This document shows positions 19,719-28,550 of a DNA stretch of 64,000 nt, piece by piece. Position 1 is the first letter of the stretch, and each line of letters starts with the position of its first letter. Below the pieces are notes generated by a model that was given only the letters and a program-made list of their open reading frames with translations, had not been told where the DNA came from and searched no databases. The stretch covers positions 21,588 through 85,587 of the forward strand of contig SUUV01000001.1 in the NCBI GenBank assembly GCA_015062345.1, given 5' to 3'. The stretch is from Alphaproteobacteria bacterium (lineage in GTDB: Bacteria > Pseudomonadota > Alphaproteobacteria > RF32 > CAG-239). The position numbers and the translations under genes are program-made.

Positions 19719-21050
19719 ATGTTCTTACAAAGTGTACGCAAGTTTTTCGGTCATTCGAAACCCCTAAACGAAAAACCAGATTTGAAAAAAATCAGGCTTA
19801 CGGTTGTAGCCTTTGAGGACGATTGTTTAAACAATTCGGGGCAAATTTTGGCTCAACATCTTTGTCAAAAAAACATACTTGCGGTAACTTATTATGATGA
19901 GTTGTTAAATAAAAACTTTTTGGATTTTGAGAGCCGAACATTTTTTGACTTAATTGATACCGGAAATCAGATTTTAAAAAAAACAAATTCCGATGTTTTG
20001 ATTTGGGGTTATCGCATAGATAATAAAATCAGATTAAATTTTCAAACTTCAGACCAATATAAAAAACCTCAGACTCCGTTTTTTTCACTTTTAAACAGTT
20101 TATATCTGCCGCTTGAAATTTTCCAACAGCAAACCTTTAGCGATTCGATATCCGAATTAATTTTTGCCGGCATACTTACAGCTTATAACAAACAAGAATA
20201 TTTGCCGATTTTACAACAAACGGTTACAAAAATTAATAACGGTGCTCCTCCTAAAAATCTGAGTGTTGATTATATGCCGTACATTTTAAATTTGCTGGCT
20301 TTGGCATATCTTAATTCGGTACGCAACAAACCGGAAAAAAACGATGTAAAAATTATTGCATCATTGTTGAGAAACGCTCTCAATTTTCTTAAAAATGATA
20401 AAAAATCAGTTGATGAGGGCTTAATTTATACCAATCTCGGACAACTTTTTCATTTGGCATCAGATTTTGCAATTGATGACAAATACGCAAGTTGTAAAAT
20501 GGCCATAGATTTTTATCTTTTATCGCAAAAATATTTCAACCGATACAGCTATCCGTATGATTTTGCTTTTACTTCTTATCGTTTATCCGAATTATATTTT
20601 GATTATTGGAAATATACTTCCGACATTCAGGCTTTAAGAGATGCGGTTTTTCAATTAAGAGAAGCTTTAAAAATTTTCAGCAATACGGTTTTCCCGAAAA
20701 TTTGGGCCGACATTCAAAACAAGTTGGGCTTATACCTGTCAATGATGGCGGTTTTCAGCAAAAATGACGAAATCGGTATGATGGCCATAGACAACTATAA
20801 AAATTATCAAAGTGTTTACACCAAAGAAATATATCCCGTAAACTGGGCAAAAGCTGAGGAAAATATTGCAAACATATATTTTGAATGCGGAAAAATTTTT
20901 AATAATGAAGATTATTTCGAAGATGCTTTAACGCACTATGTACAAGCTTTGGATTTGTATAACGAGCATAATTTACAAGAACAAATAAGGCAAACAAATT
21001 TAAGTGTGCTCAAAACTCAAGAATATTTAATACGCTTTAGTCAATATTAA
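19719..21050 (+). CDS. hypothetical alpha-helical (TPR-like) protein
   Basis: 443-aa ORF that starts two bases after the 18649-19716 stop. Confidence 0.45.
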   Translation: MFLQSVRKFFGHSKPLNEKPDLKKIRLTVVAFEDDCLNNSGQILAQHLCQKNILAVTYYDELLNKNFLDFESRTFFDLIDTGNQILKKTNSDVLIWGYRIDNKIRLNFQTSDQYKKPQTPFFSLLNSLYLPLEIFQQQTFSDSISELIFAGILTAYNKQEYLPILQQTVTKINNGAPPKNLSVDYMPYILNLLALAYLNSVRNKPEKNDVKIIASLLRNALNFLKNDKKSVDEGLIYTNLGQLFHLASDFAIDDKYASCKMAIDFYLLSQKYFNRYSYPYDFAFTSYRLSELYFDYWKYTSDIQALRDAVFQLREALKIFSNTVFPKIWADIQNKLGLYLSMMAVFSKNDEIGMMAIDNYKNYQSVYTKEIYPVNWAKAEENIANIYFECGKIFNNEDYFEDALTHYVQALDLYNEHNLQEQIRQTNLSVLKTQEYLIRFSQY

Positions 21051-21182
21051 TATTTTTTATACCTTTTTGTGTATAATGGTATCAATACTTGACCTTTCGG
21101 TTATAGTATTATAACCTTTTGATACATCAATAAGTTGATGTTATGTTTTATTTTTTGCAAAAAATGAAAAGAGAGAAGACTT

Positions 21183-21779
21183 ATGAAAAAAATTTTATTG
21201 TTGGCAGGTGTTGCCTCTTTGGTTGCCACTCAAGTTAGTGCTACCGAATATAATCCGTATGTAGCTGCTCGTTTGGCTCGTGTAGAAGTTAAAAACGATA
21301 TGACTACCATAGATTTTCAAGAAAAATTAAATGATGACCAATTCGGTTACAGATTTGCAGGCGGTGTAATGGTTCCTTTCTGCGGCGGTATGGCTGAATC
21401 TGTCAGAGCAGAAGTAGAATACGGTTTGTTGAACAAAACTCATAACAACATTTATTCAAATGTCATCCAAAGCAAATTGCAAACAGTGTTTGCCAATGTT
21501 TACTATGATTTGGATACAGGCACATCGTTTAATCCTTATATCGGTGTAGGTTTAGGTTATGCTCGCATTGATGAAAATAATTCGGGCAGAGAAGCAAAAG
21601 AAGAAAATTTTGCTTATAATGTAGGTGTAGGCGTAAGCTATAACTTGTCATACAAAACAGACCTCGAACTCGGTTATCGTTTTACCGATTATGGCAAAAT
21701 TAAGCAAAATGGTGCTGATTATGCTAAGAGAAGTTACGATTCTCAAGAAATTCTCGTAGGTTTCAGACATATGTTCTAA
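21183..21779 (+). CDS. outer-membrane beta-barrel protein (OmpA-like/Opa-like 8-strand family)
   Basis: Signal peptide MKKILLLAGVASLVATQVSA, alternating amphipathic strands, aromatic girdle residues and a C-terminal Phe (GFRHMF). Confidence 0.65.
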   Translation: MKKILLLAGVASLVATQVSATEYNPYVAARLARVEVKNDMTTIDFQEKLNDDQFGYRFAGGVMVPFCGGMAESVRAEVEYGLLNKTHNNIYSNVIQSKLQTVFANVYYDLDTGTSFNPYIGVGLGYARIDENNSGREAKEENFAYNVGVGVSYNLSYKTDLELGYRFTDYGKIKQNGADYAKRSYDSQEILVGFRHMF

Positions 21780-21796
21780 AATACATTTTTCAAAAT

Positions 21797-21828
21797 CCTC
21801 CGATTTATATAATCGGAGGATTTTTTTA
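21797..21828 (+). terminator. Rho-independent terminator
   Basis: cctccgatt-tatat-aatcggagg followed by T7. Confidence 0.7.
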
Positions 21829-21944
21829 TAACTCTTAACCGCCAAAATAAACAATGATTATAATTTTTTATGTCCCTTAAAAAATTTAAATACTTTTTCG
21901 ACCTGACACGCAGTGCGGCTCATAGAATGACTTTTATTTAAAAT

Positions 21945-22295
21945 CGGAAAATATTTGTTTTTTATTCTCAAACTTTGCAACATACCTCCTAACTGTCACT
22001 CCGGCACTTGATGCTGAAGTCCGCCTCCTAACTGTCACTCCGGCACTTGATGCCGGAGTCCAGGTGGTAATATAGCTTTAGTTATTCCCTTAGATACCGG
22101 TGTCTATTCCAAGCTAAAGCTTGGGCACCGGTATGAAAGTAAAGGAGGCAACACCTCTACCTCATTTTTGATTTAAATTCACAATTAGACTCTTTTTACT
22201 TGCAAAAAAAAAAAACGGTTTATGATGCGTATTGAGGGGTAATTTTTACACCTTTCAAGTACATTTAAACTTAATTTTTGTAAAGGATTAAAATT
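21945..22295 (+). promoter_or_regulatory. conserved upstream module, copy A, ahead of an SCPU pilin paralog
   Basis: About 350 bp shared with 36756-37045 (reverse complement) and 47648-47956, and in its proximal part with 38781-38920. It contains the hairpin ctccggca-cttga-tgccggag (tandemly duplicated as 32-bp units in this copy), a gataccggtgtc core, a palindrome ccaagctaaagcttgg, and then TTACTTGCA-A12-CGGTT-TATGAT before the ATG. Confidence 0.75.
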
Positions 22296-22757
22296 ATGAG
22301 AAAATATTTTCTAATATCCGCTGTTGCCCTCTTGGCTGCAACATCTGCAAATGCAACCACCGATTACGCTGAAGTAACAGCTCGTGCTACCATTGAAGTG
22401 GCAACTACTATGGACTGTACAGATGTAGACTTTGGTACAATCGTTGTTAAGCAAAACAATGCCGCATCTACAGTAACTATGGATGCTGATATGGGAAAAG
22501 TATATGGAGATGGTGATATTTTATCTATAGATTCCGATGAAACATTCTTCTCTTGTAACAATGGCGATGGTATGCCTATCACCGGAATATATTTATCTTT
22601 TCCTTCATCGATAGTCCTTAGTAATGGTAATGGCGGAGAAATGACTGTTGGTTTTTCAACAAACGGAGCAGAAAGTATCGATGCTGTGCTACATATCCCT
22701 GCTAAAGTTCAGTCAGGTGATTATACAGAAACATTTACCGTAACTTACACATACTAA
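22296..22757 (+). CDS. spore-coat-protein-U (SCPU)/Csu-type fimbrial major subunit, paralog 1
   Basis: Signal peptide MRKYFLISAVALLAATSANA, a DFGTIVV motif, and a C-terminal G-Y-T-x-T-F-T-V-T-Y-T-Y beta-strand typical of SCPU/archaic chaperone-usher pilins. Confidence 0.7.
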   Translation: MRKYFLISAVALLAATSANATTDYAEVTARATIEVATTMDCTDVDFGTIVVKQNNAASTVTMDADMGKVYGDGDILSIDSDETFFSCNNGDGMPITGIYLSFPSSIVLSNGNGGEMTVGFSTNGAESIDAVLHIPAKVQSGDYTETFTVTYTY

Positions 22758-22774
22758 TTTTAAAAAAACATCAA

Positions 22775-22802
22775 CCCCCTCAATTGCCACATTGAGGGGG
22801 TT
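22775..22802. terminator. bidirectional hairpin terminator
   Basis: ccccctcaat-tgccac-attgaggggg, lying between convergent genes. Confidence 0.55.
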
Positions 22803-22806
22803 AAGT

Positions 22807-23427
22807 TTACTCTGAATCAAGCGCCAAAAAAGAGGTTTCACACAGAATGCTCTTTTCGGCACAGCTTAGGTTGATACCAAGTTCCACCAGATAACATTTA
22901 TAGGTCTTGCCGTTAATGGTCATATCCGGTTGCCGTATTTCTCGGTTATATGCAAGCACCGATTCAATCCCCGGACCCGGAAACATATGATTTGCATCAT
23001 CAATTGATGTAAATGCTCGTTCTTCAATGTAATACAAATCAAACTCAAAGTCATCATAAAGCACCGGACATCGCATTTTATATTTGCGATAGATAATATC
23101 TCCTTCTGCTTTCTCATCTAAAACTTCAACAACTTCTTTGTCTCTGACGCAAATACATCTAATCCAAGAATCAACATCAATAAAGGCAAGCTCGGTTATT
23201 ACTTCAGGTTCACAGGCTTCAAAATATGAACATTCTGCCGTGTATGTAACCCCCTCAATAATCAACCAACCGTTGATAGAATTTTCGGTTGCTTCATAGC
23301 CCGCTTTTACCGGTTTCCCGAAAACTATAGTTCCATATGCTTCTTCTGAGGAACTTTCTTGCGGAGTTATCTTTTCACAAGCAAAAAGCACCGCACACAT
23401 AACAGATAATAATACAAACTTTTTCAT
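22807..23427 (-). CDS. cysteine-rich lipoprotein, hypothetical
   Basis: Start moved to MKKFVLLSVMCAVLFAC (lipobox LFAC). Confidence 0.5.
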   Translation of the reverse strand: MKKFVLLSVMCAVLFACEKITPQESSSEEAYGTIVFGKPVKAGYEATENSINGWLIIEGVTYTAECSYFEACEPEVITELAFIDVDSWIRCICVRDKEVVEVLDEKAEGDIIYRKYKMRCPVLYDDFEFDLYYIEERAFTSIDDANHMFPGPGIESVLAYNREIRQPDMTINGKTYKCYLVELGINLSCAEKSILCETSFLALDSE

Positions 23428-23499
23428 AGCACAAAAATTTTTAACTGCCTTCACCTTACATTTTTTGTATAAATTTGTCAAGTGATTATTTGGGAAAAT

Positions 23500-24216
23500 C
23501 TATTTTCGGACTTCAAAAACTTCGAAACTGTTTCTAAGAAATTCTATCAATTTTTTATCTGATATTATCGATTCGCACATTTCATCGGTGGTATCTTTAT
23601 CCGATTCTATCGGCCTGTATTTTTGCAGATAATATTCTCTTACACCAAATTCTTTTAATGTTTTTCCGATTTGAAAAATATCTTCAATGCTTAAAATTTT
23701 TGGGTCACAAGTTGTACGACATTCAAAATTTATACCGCTATCAATCAGGATTTGCAAACTATCAATCACCTTTTCAACTTTATCAAAGCACCCCGTTGCG
23801 GTTTTATATTTTTGCGGTTCAAAAGGAGCTTTTATATCAAGCCCTGCCCAATCAATTTTATTGATAATTTTCTTTAGCATAATCGGATTAAAACCGCCGG
23901 TATGAAGCCCGACCTCAAAACCCAAATTTTTAACTTCATCAATAGCTTGCTCAAGTCCTTCTTGTACCAAAGGTTCTCCGCCCGAAAAAACCACCGCATC
24001 AAGCATTTTTTTGCGTTTTTGCAAAAAGCATTTTAAAGTTTCAAATGTCCACTCGGTTTCAGGTTTTGCCCCAATTTTTTGCAAACTCAAATTGTAGCAA
24101 AACGGACAGCGCCACGGACAGCCTTGCATAAAAACCGTTACTGCTATCTTATTTGGAAAATCGACGATGCTGAACGGTTCAACATCGCCGATTATGATAG
24201 GATTAAAACCATCCAT
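23500..24216 (-). CDS. nrdG: anaerobic ribonucleoside-triphosphate reductase activating protein (radical SAM)
   Basis: CPWRCPFCYN, a CxxxCxxC radical-SAM motif, lying directly downstream of nrdD. Confidence 0.8.
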   Translation of the reverse strand: MDGFNPIIIGDVEPFSIVDFPNKIAVTVFMQGCPWRCPFCYNLSLQKIGAKPETEWTFETLKCFLQKRKKMLDAVVFSGGEPLVQEGLEQAIDEVKNLGFEVGLHTGGFNPIMLKKIINKIDWAGLDIKAPFEPQKYKTATGCFDKVEKVIDSLQILIDSGINFECRTTCDPKILSIEDIFQIGKTLKEFGVREYYLQKYRPIESDKDTTDEMCESIISDKKLIEFLRNSFEVFEVRK

Positions 24217-24222
24217 AAAAAA

Positions 24223-24429
24223 CTACTCTGCAGCCATTGCCAAGTTGTTGTTCATACCGCAAATTGCTTTTTCTTCCTTAAAGCAAACTCTTGTGTAATA
24301 TTCCGATTTTTTACCTTTGTTAAATTCGGAAACCGGACGATGATAGCCCATAACACGGGTCCAAATTTCGCAAGGTTGTCTTTCACAATCGTCTAATTTG
24401 ATGTCGTTTATATCAATTACATTAGTCAT
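24223..24429 (-). CDS. stand-alone glycyl-radical domain protein, NrdD C-terminus-like
   Basis: 68 aa containing RVMGY (a glycyl radical motif, like RVCGY in NrdD) followed by ...FNKGKKSEY. It has its own AGGAG RBS. It is in the same frame as nrdD but separated from it by three stop codons. Confidence 0.55.
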   Translation of the reverse strand: MTNVIDINDIKLDDCERQPCEIWTRVMGYHRPVSEFNKGKKSEYYTRVCFKEEKAICGMNNNLAMAAE

Positions 24430-24468
24430 TTTTGTTTTCTCCTAAATAAAATTTTGTTATGGGTTATT

Positions 24469-26532
24469 TTAAGCTACATTGGTCTCTTTGGCTTTTAAGG
24501 CCTTAATTTTTTCTGCTTTCTTTTCTTCATCACAAAGTGGGCAGAATTTGTGTTCTCCTGACAAATAGCCGTGTTTCGGGCATACTGAAAATGTCGGAGT
24601 AATCGTAATATACGGTAAGCGATAATTGGTCAAAACTCGTTTTACCAAATCACGGCAAACCTTGGCTGATGATATGCGTTGTCCCATATACAAGTGTAAC
24701 ACTGTTCCGCCTGTATATTTTGTTTGCAATTCAGACTGCAAATCAAGAGCTTCAAACGGGTCATCGGTATATCCGACCGGAAGTTGAGATGAGTTTGTAT
24801 AATAGGGATCTTCTTTTGTTCCGGCCTGAATAATATCTTTATATCTTTTCTTATCTTCACGAGCAAAACGATATGTGGCACTTTCAGCCGGTGTTGCTTC
24901 CAAGTTGTACATATGTCCTGTTTCTTCTTGGATTTTTACCATCTTTTCTCTGATATAATCTAAAAACTTAATGGCAAATGCTTGTCCCCACTCATCGGCA
25001 ATGCTGTGTTCATCATCGGTATAGTTTCTTATCATTTCATTGATACCGTTAACACCAATGGTAGAAAAGTGATTACGAAGTGTACCTAAATAGCGTTTTG
25101 TAAACGGGAATAAACCGTTTTGAATAAGTCTTTCTATAACTTTGCGCTTAATTTCAAGTGATGTTCTGGCAATGTTCATCAATTCGTCAACACGACCAAA
25201 CAATCCGGCCTCATCACCTTTATAAACATATCCCAAACGAGCACAGTTAAAGGTAACAACACCAATCGAACCGGTTTGCTCGGCCGAACCGAACAAGCCG
25301 TTTCCTTTGGCTAACAATTCACGCAAGTCAAGTTGTAAACGACAACACATCGAACGAATTTGCCCCGGTTTTAACACAGAGTTCAAAAAGTTTTGAAAAT
25401 ATGGTAAACCGTATTTTGCGGTCATTTCAAACAACAACAATGTGTTTTCGTCTTCCCAAGGAAAATCCCAAGTCATATTGTATGTCGGAATCGGGAATGT
25501 AAACGGACGACCTTTAATGTCACCTTTCATCATAACTGTTATGTAGGCCTTATTTATCATAGCCATTTCTTCTTTTAAGTCACCGTATGTGAAATCTTGC
25601 TCAACTCCACCGATAATCGGGTGTTTATCTCTTAAATCTTCCGGACATACCCAGTCAAAAGTAAAGTTTGTAAACGGTGTTTGAGAGCCCCAACGAGAAG
25701 GAACATTCAAATTATAAATCAGCTCTTGCATAGATTGTTCAACTTGCTCATATGTAAGTCCGTCTTTACGAATGTATGGCGCTAAATATGTATCAACAGA
25801 CGAAAAAGCTTGAGCTCCTGCCCATTCATTTTGCAATGTGCCCATAAAGTTTACCATCTGACCGACCGCAGCCGACAAATGTTTAGCCGGACCGGCCTCA
25901 GTTTTTCCGGGAACACCGTTAAAACCCTCGTGCAACAAGTTTTTTAAAGACCAACCGGCACAATATGCAGCGAGCATATCCAAATCGTGAATGTGAATAT
26001 CGCCGTTGCGGTGAGCCTCACCCACTTCCGAGGGATATACATGGCTGAGCCAATAATTGGCGGTTACTTTACCGGAAACATTTAAGATTAATCCACCGTT
26101 GGAATAACCCTGATTCGCATTGGCATTTACACGCCAGTCAAGTCTTTCCAAATATTCATTGATGGAGCTTTCAACATCAACCATAATCTTTTTATCAGAA
26201 CGCATACGAGTGCGTTGTTCACGGTATAAAATGTAAGATTTCGCAGTCTGAAAATAGTTGTCTGAAATTAACACCTGTTCAACAATGTCCTGAATTTGCT
26301 CAATGCTCGGCAACGATTCGCTAAATTTGTGTTCCATAACTTTTAAGACTTTAGCGGTTAACAACCAAGCTTCCTGTTCCCCAAACTCGCCTGTTGATGT
26401 TCCGGCTTTTAAGATAGCCTGATAAATTTTATTAGAATCAAAAGGAGCTAAAGTTCCGTCTCTTTTGGTAACTTGGTCAATGCTGATATTATCATTTTCT
26501 ACCTTGGGCATTTCATATTTAATTTCTGACAT
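24469..26532 (-). CDS. nrdD: anaerobic ribonucleoside-triphosphate reductase (class III), apparently lacking its own glycyl-radical loop
   Basis: 687 aa with an N-terminal ATP cone (ISIDQVTKRDGTLAPFDSNKIYQAIL) and an NrdD core. The C-terminal Zn site is CPKH...CPLC, and no RVxGY follows it. Confidence 0.9.
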   Translation of the reverse strand: MSEIKYEMPKVENDNISIDQVTKRDGTLAPFDSNKIYQAILKAGTSTGEFGEQEAWLLTAKVLKVMEHKFSESLPSIEQIQDIVEQVLISDNYFQTAKSYILYREQRTRMRSDKKIMVDVESSINEYLERLDWRVNANANQGYSNGGLILNVSGKVTANYWLSHVYPSEVGEAHRNGDIHIHDLDMLAAYCAGWSLKNLLHEGFNGVPGKTEAGPAKHLSAAVGQMVNFMGTLQNEWAGAQAFSSVDTYLAPYIRKDGLTYEQVEQSMQELIYNLNVPSRWGSQTPFTNFTFDWVCPEDLRDKHPIIGGVEQDFTYGDLKEEMAMINKAYITVMMKGDIKGRPFTFPIPTYNMTWDFPWEDENTLLLFEMTAKYGLPYFQNFLNSVLKPGQIRSMCCRLQLDLRELLAKGNGLFGSAEQTGSIGVVTFNCARLGYVYKGDEAGLFGRVDELMNIARTSLEIKRKVIERLIQNGLFPFTKRYLGTLRNHFSTIGVNGINEMIRNYTDDEHSIADEWGQAFAIKFLDYIREKMVKIQEETGHMYNLEATPAESATYRFAREDKKRYKDIIQAGTKEDPYYTNSSQLPVGYTDDPFEALDLQSELQTKYTGGTVLHLYMGQRISSAKVCRDLVKRVLTNYRLPYITITPTFSVCPKHGYLSGEHKFCPLCDEEKKAEKIKALKAKETNVA

Positions 26533-26594
26533 TTCGTTTCCCTATACTGTTTGTTTATACCGTTTTTTATAATCTGTTTCTGTTTGAGTCTGTA

Positions 26595-26645
26595 TACTAC
26601 ATATTGTGTTAATTTAAAGTAAAGAAACAATATATAGTATACACA
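26595..26645. promoter_or_regulatory. possible tandem NrdR boxes upstream of nrdD
   Basis: Two imperfect palindromes, actacatattgtgt and acaatatatagtat(acac), with centres about 31 bp apart, lying 65-110 bp upstream of the nrdD start. Confidence 0.3.
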
Positions 26646-26994
26646 AAAAATTTTCAGCTAATGATATTATGATTATTGTTTGCGAATTTCATATTGCAAA
26701 AATATAAAATTATGCTCAAGCAATATTTAGTTAAAAAAAACAAAAAATCGGCTATGTCATTATAAATGCGCACATATTTTTTTTCTAAGTCGTGGATAAA
26801 TTTATTAACAAAACAAAATCTACGCAAATTCAATATGTTAGTGCTAATCTATTGATATTGAAAAACAAAAAAAGTTATCCCCACAACCTTAGGTTAGTTA
26901 TCAGGATATAATCATACTTTTTAGGTGTATTTTTATGCTTTAACGAGTCGCATTTATACAAATTGCAAGAATCAATAAATTTATTAAGATACTT

Positions 26995-27190
26995 AGATTT
27001 CCATTTAATGCTCTTTGGAGGTTGTATAATTTCTTACCCTATCTGTCATTGTGGTAACATCTTCATTTGCATCTCTGTCATAAAACACATCTATCGCCTT
27101 TGAAATTTTAGTTTCAGGCAATTTATACGCATCGGGATAGATTCCTTTTAACGCACGATATTTATATCCGAATTTCCTTTGCAGATTATG
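26995..27190 (-). pseudogene. orphan internal fragment of the 320-aa gene (codons about 15-75; no start)
   Basis: About 90% DNA identity to 30040-30235. It translates as ...HNLQRKFGYKYRALKGIYPDAYKLPETKISKAIDVFYDRDANEDVTTMTDRVRNYTTSKEH* and abuts the 3' end of the 166-aa secreted-protein gene. Confidence 0.6.
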
Positions 27191-27195
27191 GTAAG

Positions 27196-27696
27196 TTACA
27201 TATTAAAACGATTATCCCAATCATTTAAATTTTTTATTTTCTTAAAATCAATCTGTTTTTCTTCGTCAGACATATCTTCAATTTCGTATTTAACGGTATC
27301 AATAAGTTGCCGTATAACATTTTTGGCATTATCAACTGCTAAAGCAGAAGCCGTAACCTTACGAATTGAGCCATAAAAATACTGTCCGAAATCACTATTT
27401 GTATTTATTGCATATTGAATATCAATCGATGAATATATAAAAGTTTTTAAGGCTTTTTTTGTTTCTTCTGATTTGTTGTAATAAAACTCATCTATAATTT
27501 CATATCCGACATTTAACAAACAGTTTATAGTCCCGTCACTTACTTGTATAATTTCTTCATCGTTTATACTATCGTTAGTATTATAAAATTCTAAGCATTG
27601 GCGATATTCTTTATCAAAATTTTCTATTTGTTCAAATTTTGTTTGAGCGTTGGCATTCATAGATACAAAAATTAAAAAAAATAAAATATATCGCAT
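27196..27696 (-). CDS. secreted hypothetical protein
   Basis: Signal peptide MRYILFFLIFVSMNANA and an AAAGGAAAAG RBS. It is embedded between two fragments of the 320-aa gene. Confidence 0.5.
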   Translation of the reverse strand: MRYILFFLIFVSMNANAQTKFEQIENFDKEYRQCLEFYNTNDSINDEEIIQVSDGTINCLLNVGYEIIDEFYYNKSEETKKALKTFIYSSIDIQYAINTNSDFGQYFYGSIRKVTASALAVDNAKNVIRQLIDTVKYEIEDMSDEEKQIDFKKIKNLNDWDNRFNM

Positions 27697-27856
27697 TGGC
27701 TTTTCCTTTCAATTATTCGCCAGTATAATAATTTTTATATTTTTGTAAATATTCATTTTTTTTATTTAAATATAATTTATCAAATTCATTACTATCACTA
27801 TAGTAGTTTTTTCTTCTATTATACCAACCATTGATATGGTTTATATTTTGATGATT

Positions 27857-28060
27857 TCGGTCAACTTATACGCATCGGGATAGATTCCTTTTAACGCACG
27901 ATATTTATATCCGAATTTCCTTTCTAAATTATGGTCATTTTCATCAATAAATGTTCCCATATATGTCTCATATTGCCACAATTAAAATGTCTTATTTTGT
28001 CTTACGATGTACGAAAATGTCCGAAAAATTTAACGAATTTACAATCTTAAATGTTTTTTA
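27857..28060 (-). pseudogene. orphan copy of the promoter region plus the first 38 or so codons of the 320-aa gene
   Basis: Matches 30130-30400, including the upstream aaaatgtccga repeat region. It translates as (M)GTFIDENDHNLERKFGYKYRALKGIYPDAYKLTEIIKI*. The original ATG-CCA is changed to TGG-CAA. Confidence 0.55.
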
Positions 28061-28096
28061 ATGACCATAAAAAGCACCTTATCACTCGTTAAATAT

Positions 28097-28303
28097 TCAA
28101 AAATATCTAAAGATGATATTAAAAAATATAGAAAAAACATACCACAATATCAGTAACAACAGAATAATAAGAGGTGTGTACATTAGTATACAAAACAACG
28201 ATGATAATTTTGTGATATATTCCACAATTTTTAATGCTTTTTTGTTTTCACAAAAAGCATTAAATTTTTCTGACAGTTTATTTATTCCATCTGTTATTTT
28301 CAT
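28097..28303 (-). CDS. small membrane protein, hypothetical
   Basis: 68 aa with a single TM helix (LFCILMYTPLIILLLLILWYVFSIFF). Low confidence. Confidence 0.25.
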   Translation of the reverse strand: MKITDGINKLSEKFNAFCENKKALKIVEYITKLSSLFCILMYTPLIILLLLILWYVFSIFFNIIFRYF

Positions 28304-28481
28304 AATCTAAACCCTCAAGCCACACTCTACAATTTTTATCCGGATTATTCAAGCCATAATTAAGCCCTTCAAAATTGTTTTTCATATCTTTATAACTATC
28401 AGATAGACTTACTGCCCAAGGGGTATTTCCTTTTATTGATTTTATGACCACACCATATTCATCAAAACAAATATAATGCAA
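28278..28481 (-). CDS. small hypothetical protein
   Basis: 67-aa ORF in the mosaic locus. Low confidence. Confidence 0.25.
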   Translation of the reverse strand: MHYICFDEYGVVIKSIKGNTPWAVSLSDSYKDMKNNFEGLNYGLNNPDKNCRVWLEGLDYENNRWNK

Positions 28482-28550
28482 AACATCACTAGATTAAACA
28501 AAAAAATCCATTTAATAAAAGTCCATTGAGGATTACTTTTTAATCCTAAT

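Noticed and set aside
21945-22295. Considered a fim-switch-like invertible promoter for the pilin upstream modules
   Set aside because: All four copies are in the same orientation relative to their gene. They are not bounded by inverted repeats, and no recombinase gene is adjacent. The homopolymer-tract mechanism is better supported.
24430-24468. Considered programmed stop-codon readthrough or selenocysteine joining nrdD to the small glycyl-radical ORF
   Set aside because: Three in-frame stops intervene (TAA, TAA, TAG), none of them TGA. The small ORF has its own strong RBS.
26875-26885. DnaA-box-like TTATCCCCACA in the AT-rich region upstream of nrdD
   Set aside because: It is a single imperfect box, with one extra C relative to TTATCCACA. 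There is no cluster and no neighbouring dnaA or dnaN. This is not enough evidence to call an origin.
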